64,000 nt of DNA from Dipteris shenzhenensis (GCA_047967505.1 CM106538.1); one strand, 5' to 3'; positions 13,301 through 27,800 are shown, numbered from the stretch's first letter. The notes: a model not told the origin generated them from the sequence alone. Made by a program: numbers and translations.

Positions 13301-14010
13301 GATGAACGTCTCTGCCGTTTCAGACTCAGACAATTTTTTGTTCGCGAGTTGAGTCTCCAAATTCTGAATCCGCATCTAATTCATGGTCTCATACTGATTT
13401 TTCAAGACCGTCCATGCCTCCTCTGCTGTGGTGACATGTTGAATTAATGCCATGATAGAATCACTAACACTGCAGACAATAGAACACAGTGCATCTGCAT
13501 TTCTTCTTGTCCACACAAGAATCTCATCCGCAATTGGTACTATCTGTTGTCCTGCATTGGCTAGATCGGCCTCACGTCCACCCCAGTAGCAGTGTCCCAA
13601 AGCTCATATGCGCTTAGGATGGTCTTCATCTTGAACTTCCAGAGAGGATAGTTAGAGCCGTCCAAGTTTTCGCTTTCGCCGAATGGTGGGATTCGCAGTC
13701 TTGCGGGCTGGGCCATCTCTCACAATCTGCTCGCAAATAGAAACACACTACCAAATCTTCTTGCTAGAGTCCAGGCTTTGATACCATGTAAGAAAATAAT
13801 ACAACGTCTGTGCTCAACAGATAACAGGATCTCGTACGCAAGAGAGAAAACAAGATAGTATGGAGAATCAAAAATTTGATTACTATAGAACTGATACAAT
13901 AGATGGCACTGTCTCCCAACCGTGCGCTCTTGTGAAAGAAGCTTTGATGGCATGCTGGAAACAGTAGAAGACGGAGGCTGAATGCTAAGGAATAAGGATT
14001 GCTGTAGCCA
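10377..14010 (-). mobile_element. Ty1/copia retrotransposon (partial 5' LTR, PBS, gag, PR, GAG-pre-IN, IN, RT), 3'-truncated inside RT, with several stops and frameshifts
   Basis: PBS-like TGGTATCAAAGC 13786-13775; gag ATG 13716; PR WIIDSGASCHMT; LWHERFGHLN...CEAC; IN FMTLIDDYSR/LRSDRGGEF/QQNGVAE; RT YKARLVAKGF, QMDVKSAFLNG, LYVDD. Confidence 0.96.
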
Positions 14011-14486
14011 GTGGCAGTATTGATGATCGAAAGTCTAGTGAATATGCATTCTCTCTTGGGAGTAGTGTGATTAGTTGGAGCAACAAAAAACAACCCACGG
14101 TTGCTTTGTCTAGCATGAAAGCTGATTATAGAAGGGTTGCCATAGTCGCATGTGAAGAAACCTGGCTGAGATTACTTCTTCATGAGTTGGGAGTATGCAT
14201 TGATGGTCCAGTAGTGATCTACTATGACAACATAAGCACTATTATACTAGCTAGGAATTCCATTTACCATGCAAGGACAAAACATATAGAAGTCCACTAT
14301 CACTACATCAGGGAGAAAGTGATAAGTGGCGAAATTGACTTGAGATATGTGAGGACATATGCCCAGATTACAAATATCTTTACCAAGTCCTTGGGTAAAG
14401 ATAAGTTTTGTCTTTTTTTAGATGCTTTGGGTTTATGTGATATACAAGCTCATGCTGAGCTTGAGGGGGGTATCGTAGATGCATAG
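14010..14486 (+). mobile_element. copia RNase H fragment plus PPT from a second, oppositely oriented element
   Basis: GSIDDRKS..ISWSNKKQPTVALSS..YHARTKHIEVHYHYIRE..NIFTKSL; PPT GAGGGGGG at ~14463-14470. Confidence 0.9.
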
Positions 14487-14599
14487 CCATGTGTATGCAT
14501 GTAAATAGATAGATGTGGATGATTAGACTTCTTTAAAGGTGTGGTGTGAAGAGTCTTTAGGACTCTTTTGTATAGAGTGGAGAGTAGAGTTGATGGTGT

Positions 14600-16100
14600 G
14601 ATTTTTGTATCCCCGTAATAGAGAATGGAGTTTCATGTGCATCTTCTCTCTTCCCTTGTGTGATCTTTGCTTCTTTAGTTTGATTTATGGGAAAGGGGTT
14701 CTTTCTATTGCTGTGTGTGTCGAAAGAAATTACAAACAATGTTCTCATCAGGTCATTTGTGATCATGGGAGCTGTGGTGTTGTTGATCATGTGGATTCCA
14801 TCCTCTAACGATGAATTTCTATTTAAGGAGTGTCCCATGAGGGTCGATTTCCCTAGCATGCTGGTGTGGATGGTGGGTTTTTCCTTGGATCTGGTGGCTA
14901 ATTTGTTGGGGTAGATTTTGGCGGTTCCACCGTCAGCCAAAAATGTCTTTGGGGCAAAAATGTCTTGGATCCTCTAGGAACACAGCCAAGTCATTCTTGA
15001 CTATGTTGTTGTGCACCTTTCTGAGGAGGTGGTGGTCACACAAAAGGCCAGACTTAGTCCATTCCCACACATGTAACTGTACAACTAGAGAGGAGAACAT
15101 GAGCCTGATGTGCTGCTATTGACAAGGAACAAAAGAACTAATGGTGTGGAGGAAGGCCTCTGTGAGTGACTGAACACGACCGATGGAAACTATCATGTAG
15201 GGTAAAGGGTGCATCTAGATGGGTCTCAAATTGCTCCAAGTATTGATCATCCTCTCTTGCATTAGGAAACTATCATGCAGGGTCAAGGGTGCATCCGAAT
15301 GGATCTCAAATTGCTCCAAGTGTTGACCATCCTCCCTTGCATTAGGGACGGATAGCACCCCAAAGAGTGACATGCAAGAGTAGGTGGATGATCCTGGAGG
15401 ACGATCAACAATGGATTCACAACATGTAAGGCCTGATTCATCCCTGATGTATGCCATTTCTAAGGGAGGGATGGGTAAGACTCATGATGGCAACTCAGGT
15501 GAGGGTTGGAAAGTTGTGGGGTAGAAAGGAAAGGCTCGAGTGGAGGTTGGTAATAAAATATCGAAGGATGACCACATGATGGCAAATCAGATGAGGTTTG
15601 GAAAGTTGTGGGGTAGAAAGGAAAGGCTCAAGTGGAGGTTGGTAATAAAAGTTTGAAGAATGATCATCTAGTGGTGGCTGAGCCTACAAAAGGCATATTA
15701 AAAAGGATTACGAATATGGCACACGTGGCGGGTGATAAGGAGAATCATTTCACTTTCCTCAAAGATGCAAATAAGGCCCTTGCTCAACATGAGAGGTAAG
15801 GATCCATTTCTTGGAGTATCTTTGGTCTCCTAGAATGTTCGTGGATGTTATGATAAGGTTAAGCAAAGGGTATGTATTGTTGTAGTTAGGAGATGGAGTG
15901 CCGATGTAATACTCCTTCAAGAAATTAAATGTGGTTAGAATGAAGGTATTTGGCTTGCATTTTGCACAGTATGGACATAGGTCATTGGTAAGGATTCACA
16001 CAAGTTTCTTTGCCGATGTGGCAGTAGAAGTTCTTGGGAACCAAACACTATAATTGGTTCAAAGGTAATTGAATGGAGTGGGATGGGGGGTAGGGGGGTG
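14600..16100 (+). mobile_element. decayed L1-type LINE 5' region (ORF1 DUF4283-like and start of the APE endonuclease)
   Basis: MGKGFFLL...VL...W.P...P..V.FP pattern in ORF 14687-14914; degenerate ISWSIFGL (~15806) and LQEIK (~15915). Confidence 0.6.
15186..15665. repeat. two adjacent tandem duplications (~80 bp x2 and ~93 bp x2)
   Basis: GGAAACTATCATG...CTTGCATTAGG twice; CATGATGGCAA...GGAGGTTGGTAATAAAA twice. Confidence 0.85.
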
Positions 16101-18759
16101 AACCCTACTATGCAAAATCTCGAATCACCTTCTGCTAGATCAATGAACGCCCCTTGAGATGGGCGACTTCTATCGCGTCAGCAAAAACATAATGTTATTG
16201 CCTGGTGCTTGGGAACCAATTGTTGTAATTCATTCAGAGGTAATTGAATGGTGCTTCGGTGTAGAGGGGTTTGTCGAACAAAATATGCCACCTTACTCTT
16301 GCGTGGTATTGATGGACCATAGGAATTGTGAATGAACTTCCCCATTTAAAAGATGCATTCTATTACATAGGGGTAGGAGAGCCATATGTCACACTTCTAG
16401 GTGAAGGGTATTTAATATGCATATCTCTTCAACGTCTAACTCTTCCACCTCAGTGTCACATCTCTCCAAAACTTGCACTAGTGGAGGATTAGGGCACTTT
16501 GAGGAGTAATTCCATTGTTGATTGCAACCATGACAAAATACCCTCTAGAATTACCATGTAGAGCATGGGTGGCCTTACTTTTAAAATCCACCAATTCAAT
16601 TCAAAGCTCATCAATAATATTCATAAGATTAGGAAGTAAATGAACACCAATAAGGGTAGGCGATATATACTATCAAGGAGGAGGATGAGATACCATATGG
16701 CCTAGCACATTCTGAGTCATTCTAGCAATAGTGAACCCCTCATTATTTGGTTTCATAAGAATTAGGCAATGTAGGAGCCTAGCCACCCAATCCACATATC
16801 AATGTGTCATCTCCCCTTCTCCTTACCTCAAACATACTATCAATAGATGAACATTCTCAGGCTACTCATTCATTCCAAATTTCTCAATCAGTGCTATAGT
16901 TAAACATGGCTAGCTCTGTTGAACTGCATTGGTTTGCTTCTCATACTAGGTCTTTGCAAGACCATCCAAGGATGTAAGAAGCACCAAAACCATTGATCCT
17001 CCATGAGAAAAAACTTAGAGAACCACATTCGCATTTAAAAGCAACAAGATATTCACTCAGGTTCTCATCCGTGCAAGCAAAAAACACAAGAATATTTACC
17101 ATCATAGAAAAGGTAAACAAAAGCAAGAGGAGAGAATGGTGGGGATCCAAACAAGATAGTATCGCTGCCATGGTACACAGTGTTTGCACAAGGTTGTTCA
17201 TCAATACAAAAAGAAATGGCATGACAAAGGTGAGGAGGTGCAAGGCCTACACATTTTATTTTATTTTTTGGGCAAAAAAAAGTAGTTTTATATTATGTCT
17301 CAATATGGCCTACACATTTTCTTCCACCTCCTCAAGTTCTTGCAGCCTCCAAGTGACTTCTTCTAGTGGAGTATTGTTCAACATTTTATCTTCTTTTGGG
17401 TGGTTATTATTGAAGAACTTTTTGGATGATTTCCCGAAGATCAATGACACATCGTGCAAGATACTCGAACAATTCATCTCTCAGCATCCTCCACACTCTT
17501 TACAAATGATCATCACCCACATACCTTTGGGATGGTACTACTTCTTACTTCATGAACCACTAGAAGACAAGCCACATGTGCTAGGGATACCACACTCTTA
17601 CGTCTTGGAACTCTTGACAAAGTGAACCTTCTAGTCTCCATTGACTTATTGGCATACTAATTGCGAGCTAGCACATACTTTAATTTGGGTGGCTTGATGT
17701 CCTTGGCTCTTTTCAAGCCAAAGATGAGGGTTGGATATTCATATTGATTGCAAGTATCATCCAACATGGGGTTACTATACCCCAAGCCTCTTTTATGTCT
17801 GGTGAGATAAGTGTTACTCCTACTCCTGCTGCTTTTATTGAAGACCTCCTGGTCTAGGAGCATCCGTGGTACTAACGCCCAACCTTTGTCTTCTTGAGTA
17901 AGGAGCTAAAAGGCATGTCATTTTAGGTCGTAAATAATCTCTATATAAATCATCCATGTGCAAAAACTTGCTTGTTATATACTTTTAAATGAAGTCCTCA
18001 AAGGCGTGTGTCTCGAACATGCAACTATGTGCCCAATCCATAGGTATGCTTTATGGATAGGTAAGAATAATGTCTGCAAGACAGGGTCACCCCCTGATAA
18101 TTTTAAACTAATATAGTTGTAAATAATACAAAATAGAGCAAGTTTTCTTTTCATAGTATCTAGAATAGAGGTTGTGATCAGAAGATATACCAAATCCAAC
18201 CTTATGAAGCTAATCAGCAGTGTGCCGATTTGAAACTATAGCATCACCAAGAAACCTCTATTTTCTAAGTTTGAGTAGACAAAGTTGTAGAGCCTTGAGA
18301 GCCATAAACTTCTCTATTTATAGTAACTTGAAATTCCCTACCAGTCAAAAGATATGGCCTTTCAAATTATTTCAACCAACAGTAGAATATATCTAATGTA
18401 CTGTCATTTATTGCAAGAAAATGTGTATCACTTACTGGTAAGAAAGCTTTTTACTAAGAAGGTGGCCATGGCTTCCCTAGTTTATCTGGATGCAAGCTCA
18501 ATGGTCAACCAAATCATTCAATGGTTAATGTGATAACATGGAGGTCAACACACACATGGCAAATGATGACATGATGGGACATGTAGGGCCTTAATATGGT
18601 AGTTGCTGATGTAGAAAAATGACATGTGCAAGTGTTGACTGGGCAATAGCGATGCAAAGAAGTGGTGGTAACAGAGGTGATGGCACATGGGCCATGGCAT
18701 GGCAAAGAAGGTTGTACGGCTAACCAGATAGAGAAGGGGCAGTGGCGAGAGTTGAGTGA

Positions 18760-18965
18760 GGTGGTAAGGGAAGAGAGAGAGAGACAGAGAGAGAGGGGTG
18801 GCAAGAAGGAAGAGGTGGAGAAAGATAGAAGAGGTGAGAGCGATAGGAGAGTGAGGTGGTGAGAAGAGAGAGAAAGGGAGAGGGAGGGAGGTGAAAAGAG
18901 ATAGAAGTGGGGGAAGAGAGAGGAGAGTGAAAAAGAGGTGGGGGAAGAGAGAGAGGAGAGTGACA
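18760..18965. repeat. purine-rich (GA) low-complexity tract
   Basis: Almost exclusively G/A on the plus strand. Confidence 0.85.
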
Positions 18966-19131
18966 GAGAATGATTGGATATTTTTTCTCAAAAGAAAAGA
19001 GAACCAACAAGAGGAATGGAGGCTTTGGGAAGAGAGTCAAAGGAACAATGATCTTCATGAGCCTTTTGCCATATAGACTCAAATCCTAGCAACCACACCA
19101 ATATTGTGATGGGATTTTGAAACCACCATAA

Positions 19132-20330
19132 TGTAGAATCTACTAAATCTAGGTCTACACACATGTGAATGTAAGAAGACAACTAAGTAGAGAACGTAAA
19201 CTGTGAAAACTACCAAATACCTTTATTGCATGTATGAAAACTTAGCTATAAATTGCATAATGATTCCTTCTTATCTTACATGGCTTGTTGGAGGATCCAT
19301 GCTCACAACATTGAGAAACTACAATAACAAATTAGAGAAAGGCTACAAGCAGTATCTTGACAATGCACCATAGATTTATGGTTGCATGAGAAGCAGTAGG
19401 AATCAATCCATCCACACAAGGACTCGCAATAATATGGGCACCGACACCAAGTAGCCAACATGATCACACCAAAAATGTCACACGAGATAGGCCTTCACTA
19501 TGAGATGCTATCACCACCTCATGCATGGCCACCACATATCCTCTTATAGTAATGTCCCAATGGCCACCACATGCAATCATGACCCAAGCATAGATTTTCT
19601 TTCCAACACCGCCCTCAAACCAAAGCTAGGGGCAAAGATAGATGGACATTAAACAAGAAGACTTGACCAAACAGGGATCACACAATGCAAAAAGCAATTC
19701 CCACTAAACTAGGACAAAAAATTGAGCCTCAAAAGGCCATCCTTTGACAAATCAAGTGAAGGAAATGTCACACCAAGATCAAAGAGAATTTTTCCATCCA
19801 ATGCCAAAGAAGGACAAACATGCTAATAACAAAAACTACCATAACATACCTATTTGACAAGAGTTGTCAGGAGTTTCTTTATTCATAGTTGATCATATAC
19901 ACACACGTAGAAAGCCAAGTCATCATCGACTGAGCTTGAGCCACCAACACATAGACCTGCAACTTCTTCCATGACATGTGAGACTCCTTTTTTACTCTCT
20001 TTAGTGGCAATTTCATGTGATGTTTCTTAAAGCAATACTATTCTATGCACCATGGTTTGATGCAATAGTCAAAGTGCATTCTTTTCTTTGGGCTCATTTT
20101 CTTGTTAGTGACAACAAAAACGCGTCCTTCTTCTACTCCTACAACTTGGCGACGTTTGTCATCTAGGAGTGTGGTGATCATTTCATCAAATTTCATCTGC
20201 ATTCACACGAAGTATCTTCATGATTTTATCATAGGTTAGATGGAGGCTTGAAAGTAGTACTACCTTGTAGTCATCATCCTCAAATTGAACTTTCAAATTT
20301 GTTAATTGGAAAATAGCAATACTACAAATG
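19132..20330 (-). mobile_element. copia-type element remnant: gag fragment, short internal region, PPT and 3' LTR (19132-19608), no pol
   Basis: Gag remnant DDYKVVLLSSL..YD at ~20220-20280; PPT TTTGAGGGCGG then TGTTGG at 19608; the LTR is an inverted homolog of 22533-23006. Confidence 0.75.
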
Positions 20331-21269
20331 GATATACAAGCTTTATTAATAAGTATGGAAATTTTTAGAGTTGCTTATGGAAACTAGTGACCACTCTTAA
20401 TCCATGGTATTATGTTCTTGATTAAGATCAAATGGTGTGAATCTTATTCCCTCTTTTCTCTATTAGATGTATTTTTTAGATTGATCGCATTATTATTGAA
20501 ATTTGAACTATGGATTTTCTATCTATATGTCACACTACCAAGACAATTGAAAATAGGTCAATTAAGGTAGGAAAATGCATGGATGATGTTGAACTTCACC
20601 TCTAAAATTCAACGAGATCACCCCTTCATGAATCTTGATTGTGTAGCCTCTCACTTCCAATAATATTCTTGTGGGTTTGCATTCATTGGTTCAAACAAAT
20701 TTGAATGTCAGATGGAAAGCAAGCAAAGATTTCATATTGTCCATTAAAATTATGCTAGTGCAATGATAAAGAAGAAACTTATTTAGCCACACCATTTTTT
20801 TAGACTTATGTTTTTTACATAGTTTAGTGACACTCAAAAAATGCACTTGGTACTTTTCTCAAAAATGTATATCTTGCACTATGTGAAACATGCTTATGAG
20901 GGAGTTTTACTAATTTCACATAGAAGAATTCAATGATAGATAGAAAATATTGGGGATTAACTTTTACAAAATGGATGAGATATTTATGTAGTGAGTAATT
21001 AAGAGTTTTAGAGTACTCACTATAATTTCTTGATCAAATTTTAAGGCTTTGAAGAAGATAGAGACCAAAAAAGTTTTTAGGCACAAGCTATTTGGATTTT
21101 GGAATCATTTGTTTCCTTTTAGTTATGTAAATTAATGTTCAAATCACCAATTAAAATATGATTGCCATACCTTGATAAGAAAAGTAAAACTATAAATTCG
21201 TTGGGATTAGGTTCTTGAACAAGACCTTGCTATGCTAAGCATGGGAGTTAGTCTTGTATTAGAGAATAG

Positions 21270-21530
21270 GCAACACGCACACATGCAACACCCACACGCA
21301 CATGCACATGCACACAAACATGCACAAATGCTTGCATGCATGCACATGTGCACACACACATGCATGCATGCACATGTGCACACACGCATGCATGCATGCA
21401 CATGCACATGTGTGCGCATACATGCATATGTGCACATGCACACATGCACACACAAGCATGCATGTGTGCATAGATGTGTGTGCGTGCATGCGCATGCACA
21501 CATACAAACACACACACACGTGCGTGTATG
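21270..21530. repeat. alternating purine/pyrimidine tract (CA/TG/TGCA/CATG)
   Basis: ~260 bp built from CACA, TGCA, CATG and TGTG units. Confidence 0.9.
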
Positions 21531-21576
21531 TATTGTTAATGAATAAAATTTCCCAATAATAACATAGTTACTAAGG

Positions 21577-22532
21577 TGTTGTGTGTAAGGGTGTGGAATT
21601 TTTAATAGTAAATATTGTGGCCAAGGGCCCATGGTGGGGTATGTGCATGTGCCACCCTTCCATGTTGTGCACCCATGGGTGTTTTATGTGTATAGTCCAT
21701 AGCAATAACAATATAGTATGTAAATGGTGGTAGAGGTGGTAAGGCATCCCCATGTGGTTGAGGTGATAAGGCATCCCCATGTGCCACCTTCCATATAAGC
21801 GGCCCCATGTGTTTTATGTGTATAGTCCATAGCAATAACAATATAGTATGTAAATGGTGGTTGAGGTGGTAAGGCATCCCCATGTGTGCCACCTTCATAT
21901 AAGCAGCCCCATGTGTGATTTATGGAAGTATCCCATAGATTTATAATTTTATATGCAAAAGGAGGAGCATGTCACAGGAACCTCATGGGTTATACCTCCA
22001 CATTTGCAACATTGAATGAGGTGTGGTGCAAGGTCAATGGGTACAACAATTAAATATGGGTGAGAGGGGTTCAGGTGGCAAAGCATATTTGTGACAACCC
22101 ACTCATGCACTAAAATACTCAAGAAGGTTCAAAGGGGGATATCATAGCCTAAGAAATTCAGGCTTAATTCTTATGGGAAAATGATACCAAGGGTTGTCAC
22201 ACACAATTGGGGGTGCCTAATGTATGGCTCACATGGAAGGCACCCCAACTCCACATGCATGTGGGAGGACCCATCAATTGAGAGAATCCCCTTCCATTTG
22301 ACCATAAAAGGAAGGGTTATTTCTTGATGCAACACACACTCCCCATTAGCCTACTCCATGTATTAGCCACCATGCTCTTGAATATAGCTCTATTTCCATT
22401 ACTCCTCCTCTGTTGATGTCCATACTATTTCCCTTCGTCTACCTCCCATTCCCTTTACCCATGTCACCACTCTTTTCCCCCTCTTTTCTATAGATGTGGA
22501 GTGTGAGAATGTGATATATATGTTGGCTTGTG
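21577..22532 (+). repeat. diverged copy of the gypsy LTR family seen at 48645-49576 and 54568-55449
   Basis: Shared blocks CATGTGCCACCCTTCCA, CATGCATGTGGGAGGA and CATAAAAGGAAGGG; internal ~130-bp duplication; interrupted by the LTR at 22533. Confidence 0.75.
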
Positions 22533-23460
22533 TGTTGGAAAGAAAATATATGCTTGGGTAATTATTTCATGTGGTGGCCATTGGGACATGAATGCATGAG
22601 GACATGTGGTGGCCATGCATGAGGTGGTGATAGCATTTTTTGGTGAGGGTCTATCTTCGGCAAAATTCCTAGCATGATCATCTTGACTACTAGTGTTGGT
22701 GCCCATTAATCTTACAAGTCCTTCTAAATGGATTGATTCTTACCGATTATCATGCAACTATAAAGCTATGGCTCATTGTTAGGGTATCATAGTGTAGCTT
22801 GAAGTATTTCTCTACTTTGTTGCTATAGTTTCTCAATGTTGTGAGCATGGGATCCTCCAACAAGCATTGCAAGGATGAGGAGGACCCATTACGCAATAGC
22901 TAACACATACAATAAGTTTGTTTAATAGTTCCCCATAGTTGAAGTTCTCTACTTGTTGTTTTCTTGCATTTGTGTGTATGTAGACATAGATTTATTAGAT
23001 TTCACAATTGGTGTCAAAGTGGGAGAGATCATGGAGAGGAATTCTGAATCGGTTCTGCAAAGATCTTGTTTGGTGTAAATTTTTCTACATTGTAACTCTC
23101 CCTCGAGCTTTTTTTTATGGAAAAGGATTTATGGGTTATGGATGCAAGAATAAACAAGAAACCCAGCAATAAGTAAGGCTAACAAAGATCTAGCTTTGGG
23201 AGTGAGCTCTCGGTATTTTGGGGCATGCACTAGGATTGAAATTCCAACACTCTTCCACCATCACCTAGATTTCATGAAGATAGTGCGCAAGAACTCGATT
23301 GCAATCAATACATTGTTCGGAGAACGTTTGAAGAACTCAAAAGTTCTTTTCAAGCAAGATTCTTTTGGTTTGTAGATGAAGGAAGGAGTAACACTTGGAG
23401 AGTATTTGAACCAAATGAAGATTAGTGGCCTTGACCATCTACGTCCTTGTCATAGGAAGG
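22533..23460 (+). mobile_element. copia-type 5' LTR (22533-23006), degenerate PBS and decayed gag start
   Basis: TGTTGG...TTCACA; TGGTGTCAAAG at 23009; remnant L.GVNF..(W)....MEKDLW; LTR homologous (inverted) to 19132-19608. Confidence 0.8.
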
Positions 23461-23466
23461 TTGTTT

Positions 23467-23607
<141 letters not shown>

Positions 23608-23989
23608 TTTGACTACTAGTTCAACAATTAACCAAGAAACAGTTTTTCCCCCAACGGTTGACCAATCAAGAATGTTGTGCTAATACAAAGTTTGCAGGCG
23701 AGATGAGAGAGTTTTCAAGAAGCTTAGTTTATTGTTCCAAAGAGTTGAGAGAGAAGTTGCAATGAGCCCAAAGAGACATGACTATTAGCATCATGCAAAG
23801 AGGCTAAGTTTGTTGCTCAATCATATCACATGAGAAGGAACAGAACTGCCAATCCACATCCCAAGTTTGTTATATGAAAGTTGATTAATTGTTCATTTCC
23901 TCACCTAGGTTAATAAAGTGTAGTGCAATTTTGAATTATCAACACATGTAGATTCAAACTCACACAACTATGTCTTAAAGGTTCCACAT

Positions 23990-24889
23990 ACCTATTTAAA
24001 AGTGTACCACCTTATCATGTGTATACCCAATATATATATGGAATAATACCACATGGAAGTCAAAACAATGCAATACCACGTATGTGTATATCCTATGGGT
24101 ATATATTTGAGATGCCTTAATCCAAGTAATATTCTTATGCTCAAAAATTTTGATCTGGGTTGCATATTATTTTCATCGTTCAATGGACATGTCTATTTTC
24201 TTATTTTTGACCATGCAGCATGCACAATAATGCATCAGTGGGATTCTACCATATGTGTGTGAATGATGGGAATGATACATAGTAGGGGCATATGGTGGGA
24301 TTCTACCATATGGGATTCTACCATAATGCATCGATGGGATTCGACTAGATGTGTGTGTGAATCATGCAAATGATACATAGTAGGGGTAATAATTTGAGTA
24401 ATATTCATGTTCTTACAAATTTTTGTGTAGGTCATATATTGTACGCATCGATGGGATTCTACCAGATGTGCATGTGAATTATGCAAATGATACATAGTAG
24501 GGGTATTAATTAAAGTAATATTCAGGCAATCCTTACGCCTACTCACCCTTGAGCCTTAAATATTTTGCTTAGTTGGGGCAATCATATATGTTCCTATGTT
24601 TTGCTTGGAAACTGTATAATGGGTGACTCCCTTGGCAATCCTTGCTTAGTTGAGGCATCATATATGTTTTGCTTGGAAACTCCATATTGGGTGACTACCT
24701 GGGCAATCCTTACACCTCCTCACCCTTGATCCTATCTTTTGCTTAGTTTAGGCATCATATATGTTCCTCTTAATGTCTCCCTTGAAATCTAAACCATGTG
24801 ATGACATGTTCCAATTGAAGTGTCTCAACTATTTCGGTCTCTCTTACAAATTTTTGTGTAGGTGCATTGTTAGGCATGCGTATTTCCTT
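23990..24889 (+). repeat. degenerate tandem repeat/satellite, left part; continues at 30386-31190 after the LINE
   Basis: Recurrent TTTTGACCATGCA, GGGATTCTACCATATG, TTCTTACAAATTTTTGTGTAGGT and TTAGGCATG motifs. Confidence 0.7.
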
Positions 24890-27800
24890 TTTTTAATTTT
24901 GTTTTGGTAGAATGCAGGTTTATATTACAAATTCAAGAAGATTTACATGTTATTTACATTAACAACAACAAAAAAAAACACAAAAACTCTCCTTCCCCTG
25001 CACAGGGGGAGATCGTACTGAGATCTAAGAGTCTGTCATCTGAACGGGGATGTATTTTAGTTAGCTTCGTCCTTCGGAACCACGTGGGATACCACCTTGA
25101 TGACAACTGTGCCTAGAATGTGAATGTAAGGACATGGGCGTCATCATTTTTGGGCCTTTCCTCGTGCTTCTATGGCTTCTTTAGCTGCTCTCTGAAGTAT
25201 GTGTAAATTGCTCCCTCGACATGATTTTGTTGCACACTTTAGCTGATACACTTGTCGGGTCTATGTGAGATACTGGTCTTTTGTAAGAAGGTAGGCTTGG
25301 TGGAACTTTTGTGGTTCAGCAGGGGGAGTGCTTTTCTGTGCTTGTGCATGCATGGCACTTTACATTGTTGCTCTCTCTTTGGGTGCACTGGAAGGTACAG
25401 AGATAAGATCAGGAGCAATAGGAGGAGGAGTTGTGGTCTACAAAGGGGTTGGGCTTCATTATCTTGGGTTGAGGCTGCTCTCTTTCATTTTCTTCCTTCT
25501 CCGCAAGTAGTCGTATCTCCTTCAGCAAGCTGTTTTCTTCATGGGCAAGAACATCTTCTTTCTGAGTGAATGCCTATATCCATGTTTGAGTTGTGAGGAT
25601 CTTTTGAATAATGTCATTGTGCTCCTGGTTGCACACATGAATTTAAAAAGACATTAGTAGCATCAATAACTTTATCGTTCAAAACCTTCGCACACAATGA
25701 GAACCAAATTGACCAAAGTGCCGAAGCTCGGATGGTGTTCCAGTTTGGTAGAGCTCTATTAGGGGTGTTTCCTAGGAGGAGATAAGCGTAGTTTAGGTGA
25801 TAATATGGCATGGTGGATCTGAGCTGAAGACTGTAAAGTTCTGGGCAATCTACAATTGAGGAATAAGTGTGGAATGTCCTCCTAGGAACTTCTACATCGC
25901 TTGCAAATGTTGTTGCCATGTCCGATCCTATGAGATCTTCTAGTAGTCTAGACTCCTTTGTGTAGGATTAGCCAAAGCAAGCAGGATTGCTTCTTAGAGA
26001 TGTTTTTGTCCCAACCTTTTCAAATCTCTTCACCCACTTCCCCCAAGAATCTCTCCTATGCCATTTCAAGTTGTCTTTAGTATTTCTTCCTGGCCTTCTA
26101 CACAAATTGGGATCAGAATTAACTCGTTTTGTCTGCCCCATTTGAATTCCCTTAGGGGCGGTCTGAGGTGGCCTCCCATCCATGACAGGATTTCTCTTAA
26201 CCATATCCCATGTCTCTCATGGATTAGCCGTAGGTCAATTCTATTGAGACAAAATTTAATTATCAAGTTTTCATCTTCCAACCATTTGCCCTGCTCTCAT
26301 TTCCATAAATCTCCCCAAGTACATATCCCCTTCTTGTTGAGTGTCTGAGGGCTCCTTTCAAGTCCTCATAGGTCATCATTGTGTAGAGTCAGGCTAGTAT
26401 CATCTGCAAAGTTTTGAAAGATGATTTGCATACCTTCTTCGACTTGAATTCCTTTCAGGGATCCACTGTCCACCTTGTCCTAGATGATCTTTCTTAGTGA
26501 GTCTGCTGCAATAGTGAAGAGAAGGGGAGCTAGAGGGCAGCCTTGTCTAAATCTCAATCTTACCCCTGGCTTGGGAGAAGGAGCTCAATGTAGGAAATGT
26601 AACCAAGCCGTACTCCCATATCTTGGAGTGAGGAGAGGATGAAGCCCCATTCCATCCTATTGTAGGCTTTGTCAAAATCTACCTTGAGAAAGAAGATATC
26701 TTGTTGGGTTTCCTCAGCCAGTTCCAATCCTTCCTAAAGCATTAGGATAGCCTCTAGAATGTGCCATCCTTGGATAAATCCTTTTTTGTCCTTCCCTTAT
26801 CCACCACTTCATCTTTATTTTTAGCCTATTAGCTAGAGCTTTGGAAAAAATTGTGTAGCTAGTGTTCAACATGGTCAGAGGCTGCCGATTTTTTATCTCT
26901 TCTTTGGAGCCTCCCTTTGGTATTAGTTTAATCATACCTATATTGGTTCTCAGCTCCAGTGAGCCTTTTTGTTTTGATCTCTTCTTTGGAGCCTCCCTTC
27001 GGTATTAGTTCAATCATACCTATATTGATTCTTAGATCCAATGAGCCTTTTTGTTTTGATTCTTCTAGAGCTCTAGAAGGTGCGGACCCACAATGTCCCA
27101 GAAGACTTGGTAGAACTCAACTGGGAGTCCATCCTCCCCATGAGTCTTCCCTTTATCCATGAAAAGTCTCTGTCTAAGTAGCAATCAAAAGGGGAGACTT
27201 GCTTGATTCTCATCTGTCTACAAAGATCTTGCTCTGATTTTTATGGTTGAAAGGATCTCAGTTTCCCCCAGAATAGCTTGGAAGTGGGAGGTGACAATTT
27301 CCATAATCTCATTCCAATCCTACACTAGTTTCCCATCTTTCTGTAGCACGTCCAAGGATTCATTGGCATGCTATACATTGCTCATTGGCCCTGTCACTTT
27401 TTCTTGCCCACTAGTCTCTTGTGTATATCCTTACTTGTCTCGCTTCGATCTCTGCCTCTATCCTAAATTTTTTCCTTGTACTTTTTAGTTGATCTTGTCC
27501 TTGAGGTGAGCAGTCATTCTCCAGTGTCTTGATCTTGTCTTCTAGGATTTTTCTCCTCACTCGCCTGGCTTTGTCAAATCTTTGTTTGATCACTTTTAAG
27601 AAGCACCCTATGCATTCAGTGGCGCTCAACCATTTGTCTATGGTGCTAGCTGTTCCTCTGAATGTCATTTGCCAAATTCTTGCAATCTTGGCCTGCGCGT
27701 AGGGTAGTTGAAAGAAAAAAGGGTTGGCTTTGAACCAGGAGTGGAATCTCATCCCTTCTCCCTTTTCCGGTGATAAAAGTACCGGCTTATGGTCAGAGAA

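Noticed and set aside
10377-14486. Plus-strand RNase H at 14010-14486 as the inverted missing end of the adjacent copia
   Set aside because: The sequence after its PPT does not match that element's LTR (13787-14010), so they are different families.
16400-18500. Possible gypsy gag/protease remnant, including the 210-aa ORF 16993-17625
   Set aside because: No diagnostic motif could be read with confidence.
21207-21632. Cys/His-rich ORFs in several frames
   Set aside because: Translation artefacts of the CA/TG low-complexity tract.
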